Below, piece after piece: positions 19,158-29,175 of a stretch of DNA of 35,517 nt (positions are counted from its first letter, which is position 1; the number at the start of each line of letters is the position of its first letter). This stretch comes from an uncultured Bacteroidales bacterium (GTDB lineage: Bacteria > Bacteroidota > Bacteroidia > Bacteroidales > UBA1715): assembly GCA_964558075.1 (NCBI GenBank), contig CAZLCY010000005.1:1-35517 (forward strand), read 5' to 3'. The position numbers were made by a program, and so were the translations under genes. A model generated the notes under the pieces. That model was not told the DNA's origin and made no database searches. It saw only the letters and a program-made list of their open reading frames with translations.

Positions 19158-20618
19158 TTATTTCTTAATAAAGTTTGTATAATGTTTGTAACGCTGAAAA
19201 ATTTGCTTCACGTAAGTAAATGGCTCAATACCGCGAACATAACCATATTTCACAACTTCGTTTTTATAATTTTCGGGATAACTTAAATCCAATATCATTT
19301 CTTCAACATTTCCGTCCCATGTATGTTTGTCATATCCTTTTCTTTCTGCCAAATTTTGAGCATCGAGAACATGATAATACCCACAATTATATGAAGCCAT
19401 TGTGAGCTTAATGCGTTGAATGGAGTCTTTCACCTCATCGAATTTATTATATATTTGTTGTAAATAATTTGTTCCTCCCTGAATATTTTGTGCAATATCA
19501 AATATGTTTAACACTCCCAATTCTTTTGCTGTTTCGGGCATAAGCTGCATGAGTCCCTTTGCCCCTGCCCACGATGCCGCAGCAGGTTCAAACCGCGACT
19601 CCTGATAAATAAGGGATGTCAGCAAACGCCAATCCCAGCCGATTCGTTGTGCATGTTTTTTTATAATATCATCGTATTTGCTAATTTGATTTTTGTTTAA
19701 ACTATAAAAATCACTTTTCACCCGTTGTTTAAAGTTTCGCTTATTTTCAAAATATTTGTTATAAATAACGTGGTAATCAACCTCTTTTCGTTCTTTTTGT
19801 ATCCATGTATTTACCGCTTCCAATAATTGTGGAGAGTTTGGACGTACTGCCCATGCAATACGTTGCGAAAAGCTTACCGGAACCGAAACGTCTAATATAG
19901 GATAATATGATGCATTTATTTTTGCAATATATTCATCGGCAATAGTGTATTTAATAGTACCTTGTACCACTTGATTAATAATTTTATCGGTAGAAATATT
20001 CCCCCGAATGGTGTCTATGTATATGGGACCGCCAATTTCTTTTGAGAGATTTCCAATTCGTTCGAAATAAGATGTATTTTCGCGAACAGAAATTGTGTCG
20101 TTTATCAATTCTAACGGGTCTTTTATGAGTGCTCGCTGAAGAGATGACCAGGTTAAATGTCGCCAATTATCTGGTTTTTTTTGCACAAGCACCTGACGCG
20201 TCAAATAGAGATAATCGGTAAATTGCACGTTCTTTTTTCGTTCTCTGGTAATGGTTAATCCATGTGCAACAATATCTGCTGTGCCTTTTTTGAGTTCAGA
20301 AAATAAACTGTCTATGTTTTCTGCAACATATAATTCAAGTTCTAAATTAAGTGATTTCGCAAGTCGTTTTAGTTGTTCATATTCATAGCCCATGGCTCTT
20401 CCTCTGTATAAAAAATAGCTGGTGCTGCTATAAATAATAAGTGCTCGTAATTTACCGTCTTCACGAATTTCATCTAAATCTCTATGAAAAATATCTTGTT
20501 GTTCTGATTCTTTGGTTAAAGCATTATCGTTTGATGATTTTTGAGAACACGAAATGCTTATGCACAGCAAAATAAAAAAACTGATTCTTATTAATAATGA
20601 GGGAGTTTTGTGTATCAT
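19158..20618 (-). CDS. MltF-like lipoprotein: substrate-binding domain plus SLT lytic transglycosylase
   Basis: Lipobox-like ISISC, GYEYE, YQESRF, GAKGLMQLMP, ASYNCG. Confidence 0.85.
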   Translation of the reverse strand: MIHKTPSLLIRISFFILLCISISCSQKSSNDNALTKESEQQDIFHRDLDEIREDGKLRALIIYSSTSYFLYRGRAMGYEYEQLKRLAKSLNLELELYVAENIDSLFSELKKGTADIVAHGLTITRERKKNVQFTDYLYLTRQVLVQKKPDNWRHLTWSSLQRALIKDPLELINDTISVRENTSYFERIGNLSKEIGGPIYIDTIRGNISTDKIINQVVQGTIKYTIADEYIAKINASYYPILDVSVPVSFSQRIAWAVRPNSPQLLEAVNTWIQKERKEVDYHVIYNKYFENKRNFKQRVKSDFYSLNKNQISKYDDIIKKHAQRIGWDWRLLTSLIYQESRFEPAAASWAGAKGLMQLMPETAKELGVLNIFDIAQNIQGGTNYLQQIYNKFDEVKDSIQRIKLTMASYNCGYYHVLDAQNLAERKGYDKHTWDGNVEEMILDLSYPENYKNEVVKYGYVRGIEPFTYVKQIFQRYKHYTNFIKK

Positions 20619-20795
20619 ATAAAAGCATCTATGCAGTTAATAACAACAAATATACAAAAAAAAATGAAACTATAATTTTGCTTTTCTGCATGAGATATGC
20701 ATTTTTCTTAATCTACTGTTCGTTAGATGCCACTATTTATAAGCGTTCTGAACCTAAAAATTATATCCAACTGAGATTATTACGCATATGCTGAA

Positions 20796-23700
20796 TTATT
20801 TGATTTTCACAATACTTTTTATCCATATTACCTTGCTATTATGTTTGCATAGTACTGTATATGTTCCCGAAGGTAAAAAAGAGAGATTGTGCGATGTTTG
20901 TGTGTGAGATATTCCCGCAGAATATACTTGTATCCCGTTTTGTGTATATAGTTCACACTGTGAACCAATATAATTATTGGGTATTTTAAGAGTGAATATA
21001 TCCGAAAATGGATTAGGAAACACAAAAACATCTTCTAAAAATGCCGGTGAATCACTGTTGGTAGCATATGTAAAAACAGGGTCTGAAAACGCAGTGCATC
21101 CTTCTAAGTTAGTAAGCTCAACAGTATATGTGCCTGCCTCTTGGGGAACATACAATCGTGCAATTGCACCGTCTATTATACTGTCATTTATATACCACTG
21201 ATATGAAAGCCCAAGTGATGATTCTAATACATTATTTGCCTGAATGCTGATTGTTGGAACGGGGTAACAGATATTGAGTGTGTTGCTCCGAGAGGTACAT
21301 CCGTCTGGAAGTGTCACGTCTACGGAATAGCTTCCGGTAAGTTGTGCCTGATAGATAGAGTCGTGTGCCCCAAAAATAGTATCGTTTTCGTAAAACCATT
21401 GAAATGCGGTTCCGTGAGTCGAAATTAGCGTGTTGTGTTCTTGAAAAATGGAGGGAAACGGTACACAGACTTCTATCGGTTTCGATTGTGCACGACACAT
21501 ATTGTCGTGAGTTACTTCGACTGAATAGTTTCCACTTTTGCGAGTGAGGTATATTTGTTCGGTTTCGCCGGGAATGACTGTGTCGTTTGTATACCATTGA
21601 ATGGCTTTGTATGATTGTGTAGATAAATATTCCCGGTCTTGTTGAAGTGGAGGAATAGGGTTATATAAAAATTCAAATTCTATAGTGTCGGTGTTTGCAG
21701 AACAATTATTACTATTGGTAATGTGTGCAAAATAGTTTCCGTTTTGCGTAAGGTGTATAGTATGGTTATTTTGAGAAATATCTGTATTGTTTCGATACCA
21801 TGTGTATGTCTCTCCATCTGCATCAGCGGTTACTGTAACTGTATCGCGTTGGCACAAGGGATTTGGTTTATTAACCGTAAGTGTTGATTGTGGAAGTTCA
21901 TATTTTTCTATGTATATAGTATTTGATTCGGCAGAGCAATCAAATACCGTATCGGTTGCCAATACCGAAAATTCACCCCCACCTGCTGTATAGAGAGAAT
22001 GTGTATCAATATCCGATTGAGAATCATTGCATATCCAATTATATATATATTCTTGTGGTTGCTGCACTGCAAGTTGCACTGAATCGCCATCACAAAAACC
22101 GGTTTTTCCCGAAGGTGAATATATTTCGGGAGTTGGGGATGTTTTAACAACTATAGGGATTTTTCGTGAAGTGTCAGTACAGTTATATTCGTTGATGATA
22201 ATTCCAAAATAAGTGCCACTTGTAGAAATTTCAATAGAATCATGTTCTTCGGAAGAAAGAATTACATTATTCCGATACCATGAATAGTTTACCGTATTGA
22301 GTGTACGCATTTCTAATACTGTAGATTCATTATCGCAAATTATAGAATCTGTATGAACGAATATGTTTCCATGTGGTTTGGGGTGAACAGTCAAATTGAA
22401 TGTGTCGGTTGTATCTCTGCACACGCCTGAAGTTATAATGTGAGCACTGTAATCTCCTTCATCCGAAACCGACAATATGTTAGATGTTCCTTTTTGTATT
22501 GTATCTTCCCCGAAAAACCAGATATACTCGGTATCATTGTGGCTGCTTATCTGAATAGTAGTTTCTTGGTTTTCGCAAATGCCGGTTTCTGCAGCATCAA
22601 ACCAGGTTTGAATATGCGGAGGCGTTATTTCTGTAAGGTTTATGTCTTCAATTTTTGTGGAACAACCAAAATCATTACGAATAATAACCGAATAATTCCC
22701 TTCTTCGTAAAATGTTGCTCGCACATTTTCGGTGGTAAACAGTGAATCTTTGTTGCGATACCAACTGTGCATATTTGCGATACTGTCAACACATTCAACT
22801 GAAACAGAATCACCTAAACAGAAAAGATTTGTGCCTCCCAAAATTACAAGAGAGTCTTGAGGTAATGGAATTTTTTGTGTTTGAACAGTGTCTGAATAAG
22901 ATATACATCCTTCGGCACTTTCAATATGGGCAAAATAATTATTTGATTCATACACAATTATTTGATTGTTTGGAAATACATTTCCTGCGGTATCGTACCA
23001 TGTACACGAATCGGAACTGTTTGTTTCAATAAAAAGAATGGCACTATCGCCTGCACAAAACAAAGCAGAATCGATTATTTGTATAGAGTCATTCGGATAG
23101 GGATGGAATGTATAGTTAAATTCAGGAGATTGTTTCATATACGGATTGCCGTTCCTTGTTATTTCTAAGCTATACGCTTGCATATGATATGTCCCCGTTG
23201 TGGTAACCCAAAGTGAATCCGTCGAAGAATCAATAAATTCCCCGTTTTGAATCCATTTAAATGTGCAATTGTGTGAAGATTCAGCAACAAGTAATACAGA
23301 ATCTCCTTCGCAGAGCGGAATGGAATCATTGTGTGAAGAATAGACAGATAAATCAAAAGCCGGCATCGGATCTATTTCAGCAACAAATACATCTTTTTGC
23401 CCTGAGGTTTCTATATGCAAATGGTTATAGTCTATTTGTTTTGAATAAAAACCGGCTGCATATATCGAAAACTCATCCATAACAGCAACATCCTCAATTT
23501 TATCGGATGCAGAATCTCCCAGAAATTGGATCCATTCTACAGTACGTGTTGCTTCTTCTATTTTTACAAGTGCTGCATCTTCGGTATGTAAGGGAACATA
23601 TGCTGTTCCATCAACAAACAGGCTGTCAGTTCCGCTTTGTTTATTAATGTAGTTGCTTATGTATATGTTGTGTGAGTTATCAATATGTATTCCGGTACTG

Positions 23701-25148
23701 CGAACGGTATCTGTTTTGCAATATGCCGTTTTAAACCATTCGGCTTCGCCTGTTAATGAAGTTTGCACAACAGAGCTGGCGGGAAACGATTGCTCCGGCA
23801 CATTGAGTAACTTTAGTGTAACATCGTTCGCATGATTAAAGAGAAAAAGTAATTTTTCGTTTTGTGTGTCAATCGCCATATCATTGGGCATTTCAGAGAG
23901 ATTCGAAATGCAGTTCATATTGGCATATTCAAACGAAACAATATAATTTTTTCGAATCGATTGACTTGTGTCAAAAGAAAACAATGAATCAACTATAACT
24001 GTTTTGTCCGTAATATGCTCTCGTTTTGCATAATAAAACCATGCGGTGTCTTCATAATAAAGGTCAACATAATAATATGGGTCTTCAATTAAAAAGGTGT
24101 CTATTACAAATCGAGAGTTATCAATAAAAAAAGTATCAACAAAATACTGTGCATCGTTTATTGCAATTGTGTCAATAACAGAACTTGTGTCGGAAACATT
24201 AAGTGTTTCAGTAATATGAATGGTCTGTGTAATACAAAATGTATCGGCAATTTCTGAAATAGCATATTGGTTAATTCTATCTATAGCATAGAGTGTATCG
24301 AGAGCAATGAAATCTTTAATAGTGTCAAGTTCTCCACCTGCTTGTTTGTGCACAATAGACATGCTATCCTGAGCAGAAAAACTGCCAAAAATTTTGGTAT
24401 TTGTGCTGTGTTCTATGGTACGTAGTTCCGAATGAGCATTTTCATGCGAACTGCTCCCGGCAGTAAGAGAGTTGACTGTACCATCTTCTGAAACAGTGAG
24501 AAGAAAGAACTGTTCTGTTGTGCCGGAAAGCGTTGTTTCTATACAAGATAAAGAACCTTTATATGTACCCGAAATGGATATTCCTTCCGGAGAATAGATC
24601 ATGCTGTTTGGTATAATTTCCGAATCAGGAGAACTTCCAAAATTACTTATATTCCATACAATAGAACCGTTGGGAGAAATTTTGTACAGAGCCATATCCC
24701 ATGCAGCAATACTTGTTGTGCTCGTATTGTTTAAATCAAAAGTAGACGTATAGACTATGAGAACATATAAATTATTTGCATTATCACTAACTGTTTCAAT
24801 AATAGCAAATTGAGCAAGTGTGTCACAGTAGTTTCCTAATTGAATCCATTCCGGAATGCCTTCTTTTGTTAATTTTGCAACAAACGGTTTATTCATTTCA
24901 TGATTTATATTGCAGGTATCTGCAAATGCAACGGAATCTCCGATTGCAAACGTACGCGATTTGGTACTGAATCCGTTCTCGTTGATAACTTCGTAAGTTA
25001 AAAATTCTCCGCTTATATAAAGCGAACTGTCTTGGCTTGCTGAAATATGTTGTGCGGTTGAAAATAAATTTTTTCCACTTGTAAGAAATTGTGCCTGAAG
25101 AGTTATTGTTACAAAAAATAAGCTGATAAAAAGATATATTTTACTCAT
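20796..25148 (-). CDS. Large secreted protein: beta-propeller-like N-terminus, tandem Ig-like domains, T9SS type A C-terminal domain
   Basis: Signal peptide; repeated C.GDSV.L...Y.W...G.Y.V modules; VFPNPFSD...LPSGTY...IVKIK tail. Confidence 0.85.
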   Translation of the reverse strand: MSKIYLFISLFFVTITLQAQFLTSGKNLFSTAQHISASQDSSLYISGEFLTYEVINENGFSTKSRTFAIGDSVAFADTCNINHEMNKPFVAKLTKEGIPEWIQLGNYCDTLAQFAIIETVSDNANNLYVLIVYTSTFDLNNTSTTSIAAWDMALYKISPNGSIVWNISNFGSSPDSEIIPNSMIYSPEGISISGTYKGSLSCIETTLSGTTEQFFLLTVSEDGTVNSLTAGSSSHENAHSELRTIEHSTNTKIFGSFSAQDSMSIVHKQAGGELDTIKDFIALDTLYAIDRINQYAISEIADTFCITQTIHITETLNVSDTSSVIDTIAINDAQYFVDTFFIDNSRFVIDTFLIEDPYYYVDLYYEDTAWFYYAKREHITDKTVIVDSLFSFDTSQSIRKNYIVSFEYANMNCISNLSEMPNDMAIDTQNEKLLFLFNHANDVTLKLLNVPEQSFPASSVVQTSLTGEAEWFKTAYCKTDTVRSTGIHIDNSHNIYISNYINKQSGTDSLFVDGTAYVPLHTEDAALVKIEEATRTVEWIQFLGDSASDKIEDVAVMDEFSIYAAGFYSKQIDYNHLHIETSGQKDVFVAEIDPMPAFDLSVYSSHNDSIPLCEGDSVLLVAESSHNCTFKWIQNGEFIDSSTDSLWVTTTGTYHMQAYSLEITRNGNPYMKQSPEFNYTFHPYPNDSIQIIDSALFCAGDSAILFIETNSSDSCTWYDTAGNVFPNNQIIVYESNNYFAHIESAEGCISYSDTVQTQKIPLPQDSLVILGGTNLFCLGDSVSVECVDSIANMHSWYRNKDSLFTTENVRATFYEEGNYSVIIRNDFGCSTKIEDINLTEITPPHIQTWFDAAETGICENQETTIQISSHNDTEYIWFFGEDTIQKGTSNILSVSDEGDYSAHIITSGVCRDTTDTFNLTVHPKPHGNIFVHTDSIICDNESTVLEMRTLNTVNYSWYRNNVILSSEEHDSIEISTSGTYFGIIINEYNCTDTSRKIPIVVKTSPTPEIYSPSGKTGFCDGDSVQLAVQQPQEYIYNWICNDSQSDIDTHSLYTAGGGEFSVLATDTVFDCSAESNTIYIEKYELPQSTLTVNKPNPLCQRDTVTVTADADGETYTWYRNNTDISQNNHTIHLTQNGNYFAHITNSNNCSANTDTIEFEFLYNPIPPLQQDREYLSTQSYKAIQWYTNDTVIPGETEQIYLTRKSGNYSVEVTHDNMCRAQSKPIEVCVPFPSIFQEHNTLISTHGTAFQWFYENDTIFGAHDSIYQAQLTGSYSVDVTLPDGCTSRSNTLNICYPVPTISIQANNVLESSLGLSYQWYINDSIIDGAIARLYVPQEAGTYTVELTNLEGCTAFSDPVFTYATNSDSPAFLEDVFVFPNPFSDIFTLKIPNNYIGSQCELYTQNGIQVYSAGISHTQTSHNLSFLPSGTYTVLCKHNSKVIWIKSIVKIK

Positions 25149-25289
25149 AAAAAATCGATGGTTATATGTTCATAGTAAAAGTACGTGTTTTTGTTTCAAA
25201 TGTACTTTTTTTTTGTCTTTTTTCTAAAAAAAGAATAGAAAAATATTTCTAATTATCTAAAAATCTTTACTTTTGAAACAAAAACATGA

Positions 25290-25784
25290 ATGCATTCCAA
25301 GAATAGAATATTTTTAGTAATTATAAGTATATTTTTATGCTGTTTTGCAAGTGTGTCTCAAGAGAACAAAGACACTTCTGTGGTTTCGCACAAACTTTTT
25401 GATGAAAGCTATACGATTTTGTTGCCGTCGGAATATCAAAAATCAAAAACAACCAAAAATCAATTTGTATGGCAGCAACAAGGTGCCGTTTTTCAATATA
25501 TATTTATTCCGCACGTTTCTCCGCAAACATTTCAGGATAGTTTAACGCCCGCATATTTTTCTGCACAGAATCTCGAAAATGTTGTAAAAACGCAAGATGA
25601 ACCTACAAAATATCGGTACAGAGGCGAGTTTTTTGTTGGTGAATTACTGTATAATCGTGCGTTTGTGATACGTCCACACAAAAAAGGAACGGTACTGTTA
25701 CTTGCCAATTATCCTCAAAAAACCCATAATCTTATATTTCCTCATTATATGCAATCTTTTGAAAGTTCGTGTAAAGATGAATAA
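25290..25784 (+). CDS. Hypothetical exported protein
   Basis: Signal peptide; -7 box TACTTTTG at 25268-25275; overlaps the next start. Confidence 0.7.
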   Translation: MHSKNRIFLVIISIFLCCFASVSQENKDTSVVSHKLFDESYTILLPSEYQKSKTTKNQFVWQQQGAVFQYIFIPHVSPQTFQDSLTPAYFSAQNLENVVKTQDEPTKYRYRGEFFVGELLYNRAFVIRPHKKGTVLLLANYPQKTHNLIFPHYMQSFESSCKDE

Positions 25785-28700
25785 ATACCTTCGATGGATA
25801 TGTGTTATTTTGTATATGCTGTGTGTACGCAATGCATATGCACAAGTAGAATATGATACAACCACCTATTCTGTCCGGTTTTTTACACAAGACGAAAGTA
25901 TGTGGAATGCAGGTGTAAATTACTCATTGCCTCCTATAGAAAAATATTATTCTTTCAACTGGAATCAATCCAAAACTCTCGGCGGTATGGAGTCGGTTGT
26001 GGGAATGGATTTTGGTATGCAATTTTATGCTAAAACGAAAGGTCTTGTGGGGATTGGTTTTTATATGTCCGGCATTAATGGTGGAAATATTGATTCAATA
26101 GTGTATCCGATAGAAGTTACATTTATTATTCCCAAAGGAGAATATATCAATGCAGGGCAAACAATAAAAATAATTTCGGAAACAAAAATTGATGAATCGC
26201 AACGACCAACGGTTGAAACAACCTTTCCTTTGGAGGGGAAAATTGGTATTAACCTTGATGTGGATTTGGAAACGGATTTTAACCTGAGAGCCTGTGCTTT
26301 TGATGTTTGCATAAAATTAGATCCCAAAGATATTCATGAATGTGTGGGGACTGTTATGGATTTTAAAATGCCTACGAGTCCTTTTATTGAATTAAATACG
26401 TTTAATAATAATCCGCGAGCAACTGTTCCGGCTATTGGCCCTATCCCCTGTAATTTACCCAATTTAACACTTAACATACCCTGTTTTGGTCAGCAACAAT
26501 TAATCCAATATGATGATTTTTGGCCAACAACACAAGAAATTGAATTTTTCCCGATTGAATTTGGTGCGTCGAGAACAATTAAAAGCAAACACCCATTGTC
26601 GTACGTACAAAAAGCAGCAAAAGCATATGAAGAGTGTATTGCTGATACTGCAAACACACACAAAAGTGAGGCGGATTGTTTAGCTACACGTGATAATATT
26701 AAAAGTGTACGTGATATTGTGCGGGGAGACCAACAATTGGAACAATTTGTTGAAGGGGCATTTTCCTTACCTTATATTGACACGTTATATACTACAATTT
26801 TAGGGAATAATCTTCGCTCACGCGGTTCTGCCACGGCTGTTGATATGACATTTAAGCCCCTTAACCTCATGGCGGGCGGCAAGTTTCATGACGGAAGAAT
26901 TGATGTACCGGTTCCTTGTACAGATGCAAACATGTATGCCAAGTACATGCTTATTCGTCCGCAGTTTAATATGAATGTAGATTTAAAACAGGATTTTAAT
27001 TTTGATGCAAAAGTTGTGGTTACATTGTTGCTGCCTGCAAAATTGGATTATCGGGTAAAAAATAAACAGGGAACAATTCTTTCGAGCGGACATGATAGTG
27101 TTATTACCTATCAAATAGGACATGATTTGTTTATTGATTTTCCCTGTAATTATGAATATATGGATTTTAACCCCATATTTCGGGTAGAAAATGAATTGTC
27201 GAATCGTACGTATGTCAGTATACAAAACGACGGCACATTGGAAGCTTTGGAAATCGGAATCGGCATGGATGATATTGTTGTGGTACCTGAAATCACTATT
27301 CACATTCCGGTTCCCTTTACCGATGGATATGACATAACAATACCGGAAGTGTCATTTGGTTTTGAAGCATCTGTCGGACCTTTAATTGATGAAAGTATTT
27401 CAAAATATATGAGTAATCCGCAAGATTTAAATATTGATATAAATATTTTTAATAAAACATGGGAAGTTACTTCGTTTGATGAGATACCAATGCCGTCGTT
27501 TCGGGTAGCTCCGTCAAAATTATCAACTCATATTGATGATTATACCATTGCTTGTTATGGTGATGTAGTAGGTGAATTAGAAGTAGAAACACAAGCCGGA
27601 ACGCCACCTTTTTCCTACATTTGGTCGAATCTACAAACAAGTAAAAAAATCACGAATCTTACTCCCGGAGATTATTATGTAAAGGTTCGCGACAAAAACG
27701 GCTGTGAGGTTGTTAATGGTGCTGTTGTTCATCAGCGACCGCAGTTGAATATACATACCGATACTATTGTGCATCCCCGGTGTTTTAATTACCGTACAGG
27801 TGCGATCAGGACTGAAGCACGCGGAGGAACTCCTCCGTATTCGTATTCGTGGTCAAATAATAAAAATCAAGCTCTAATTGAAAATCTTACGGCAGGAACG
27901 TATATTCTTGAGTTGACGGATAATAATAATTGTAGTGTTGAGCAAGAATATACACTAACAGAACCTCCCCCTTTGAAAACATATGTAAATCACAAAACTG
28001 ATGTTTTGTGCTATGGAGAGAAAACAGGTAGTGTGTTTGTAAATGTTACCGGTGGTGTGCCGGGGTATGATTTCCAATGGTCGACCGGTGATGTATCACA
28101 AAATATTGATAGTATTGCTGCGGGCATGCACACGCTGACAGTATTTGACAGGAATAATTGTCAAACAACCCGAACTGTTGAGATTACGCAGCCGCCTCAA
28201 TTACAGCTGGAAATTACGGAGGAAGAGCAAATACGATGTTATAAAGGAGATAACGGAACATTGTTGGCACGGATTATTGGCGGCACACAACCTTATGATA
28301 TATCGTGGTATAGTCCTCAGTACACATTGCGGCATACTGAACCATTGTTAGATAGTCTTTCGGAAGGTTTATATCAGGTTGAAGTTTTTGATGCACATAA
28401 TTGTTATCAAAAAGATACTTTCTATTTATCTGCTCCGCAAGAACCGTTTACAAGTACTCTAAAACCGAAGCACGTTTCTTGTTATGGCACACACGACGGT
28501 GAATTTAATATTTCGGTTTCAGGCGGTCAGAATCCCTATTCATATTCGTGGTCTGATGGTTCTGCTGAAGCTGACAGGTATGGTTTGTCAGCGGGTACAT
28601 ACGAAGTCGAAATTACCGATTCACGTCAATGCAAAACGGTAAACAATATGGTACTGCTTCAACCTCCTCCTTTGGCAGGCACTTTTACCCCTACATTAGT

Positions 28701-29169
28701 TTCGTGCGATGGCGAATATGACGGTAAACTGCGATTTTTACCTCGCGGCGGAACGCCACCATATCAATTTTCCTGGAGTGCGGGCGACACCGATGCTCTG
28801 GCAGTAGATTTACCGCAAGGTTATCATTCGCTTATGCTTACCGACAGTAAAGGTTGTGTTGAAGAATTTGAGTATGAACTGGGTGTTGACGGAACTGCCT
28901 GTTTTGATATTCCAACGGCATTTTCACCTAATGGTGATAATTATAATGATACTTGGGTTATTAAAAATATTTCGGCAATGTATCCACACAATTCGGTAGA
29001 AATTTTCACGAAAGACGGGTATGTATTATACACTTCGGGAGATGAGGGATATGAACCGTGGAATGGCACACATAAAGGAAAAGATGTTCCTGCGGGAACA
29101 TATTATTATACTATTGATTTGGGTAATGGCACCCCGGTAATTCAAGGAACAATAACAATTCTTAGATAG
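25777..29169 (+). CDS. SprB-repeat adhesin-like protein with T9SS type B (CHU_C) C-terminal domain
   Basis: ATG 25777 gives a signal peptide; about six C.G...GG.PPY.Y.WS...G.Y...D...C repeats; IPTAFSPNGDNYNDTW...GTYYY...ITILR. Confidence 0.88.
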   Translation: MNKYLRWICVILYMLCVRNAYAQVEYDTTTYSVRFFTQDESMWNAGVNYSLPPIEKYYSFNWNQSKTLGGMESVVGMDFGMQFYAKTKGLVGIGFYMSGINGGNIDSIVYPIEVTFIIPKGEYINAGQTIKIISETKIDESQRPTVETTFPLEGKIGINLDVDLETDFNLRACAFDVCIKLDPKDIHECVGTVMDFKMPTSPFIELNTFNNNPRATVPAIGPIPCNLPNLTLNIPCFGQQQLIQYDDFWPTTQEIEFFPIEFGASRTIKSKHPLSYVQKAAKAYEECIADTANTHKSEADCLATRDNIKSVRDIVRGDQQLEQFVEGAFSLPYIDTLYTTILGNNLRSRGSATAVDMTFKPLNLMAGGKFHDGRIDVPVPCTDANMYAKYMLIRPQFNMNVDLKQDFNFDAKVVVTLLLPAKLDYRVKNKQGTILSSGHDSVITYQIGHDLFIDFPCNYEYMDFNPIFRVENELSNRTYVSIQNDGTLEALEIGIGMDDIVVVPEITIHIPVPFTDGYDITIPEVSFGFEASVGPLIDESISKYMSNPQDLNIDINIFNKTWEVTSFDEIPMPSFRVAPSKLSTHIDDYTIACYGDVVGELEVETQAGTPPFSYIWSNLQTSKKITNLTPGDYYVKVRDKNGCEVVNGAVVHQRPQLNIHTDTIVHPRCFNYRTGAIRTEARGGTPPYSYSWSNNKNQALIENLTAGTYILELTDNNNCSVEQEYTLTEPPPLKTYVNHKTDVLCYGEKTGSVFVNVTGGVPGYDFQWSTGDVSQNIDSIAAGMHTLTVFDRNNCQTTRTVEITQPPQLQLEITEEEQIRCYKGDNGTLLARIIGGTQPYDISWYSPQYTLRHTEPLLDSLSEGLYQVEVFDAHNCYQKDTFYLSAPQEPFTSTLKPKHVSCYGTHDGEFNISVSGGQNPYSYSWSDGSAEADRYGLSAGTYEVEITDSRQCKTVNNMVLLQPPPLAGTFTPTLVSCDGEYDGKLRFLPRGGTPPYQFSWSAGDTDALAVDLPQGYHSLMLTDSKGCVEEFEYELGVDGTACFDIPTAFSPNGDNYNDTWVIKNISAMYPHNSVEIFTKDGYVLYTSGDEGYEPWNGTHKGKDVPAGTYYYTIDLGNGTPVIQGTITILR

Positions 29170-29175
29170 ATTAGT

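Noticed and set aside
25702-25776. Upstream TTG start for the 1155-aa ORF, and extended starts at 2465, 5793 and 10547
   Set aside because: The extensions overlap neighbouring genes or promoter boxes; downstream ATGs fit signal peptides or family N-termini better
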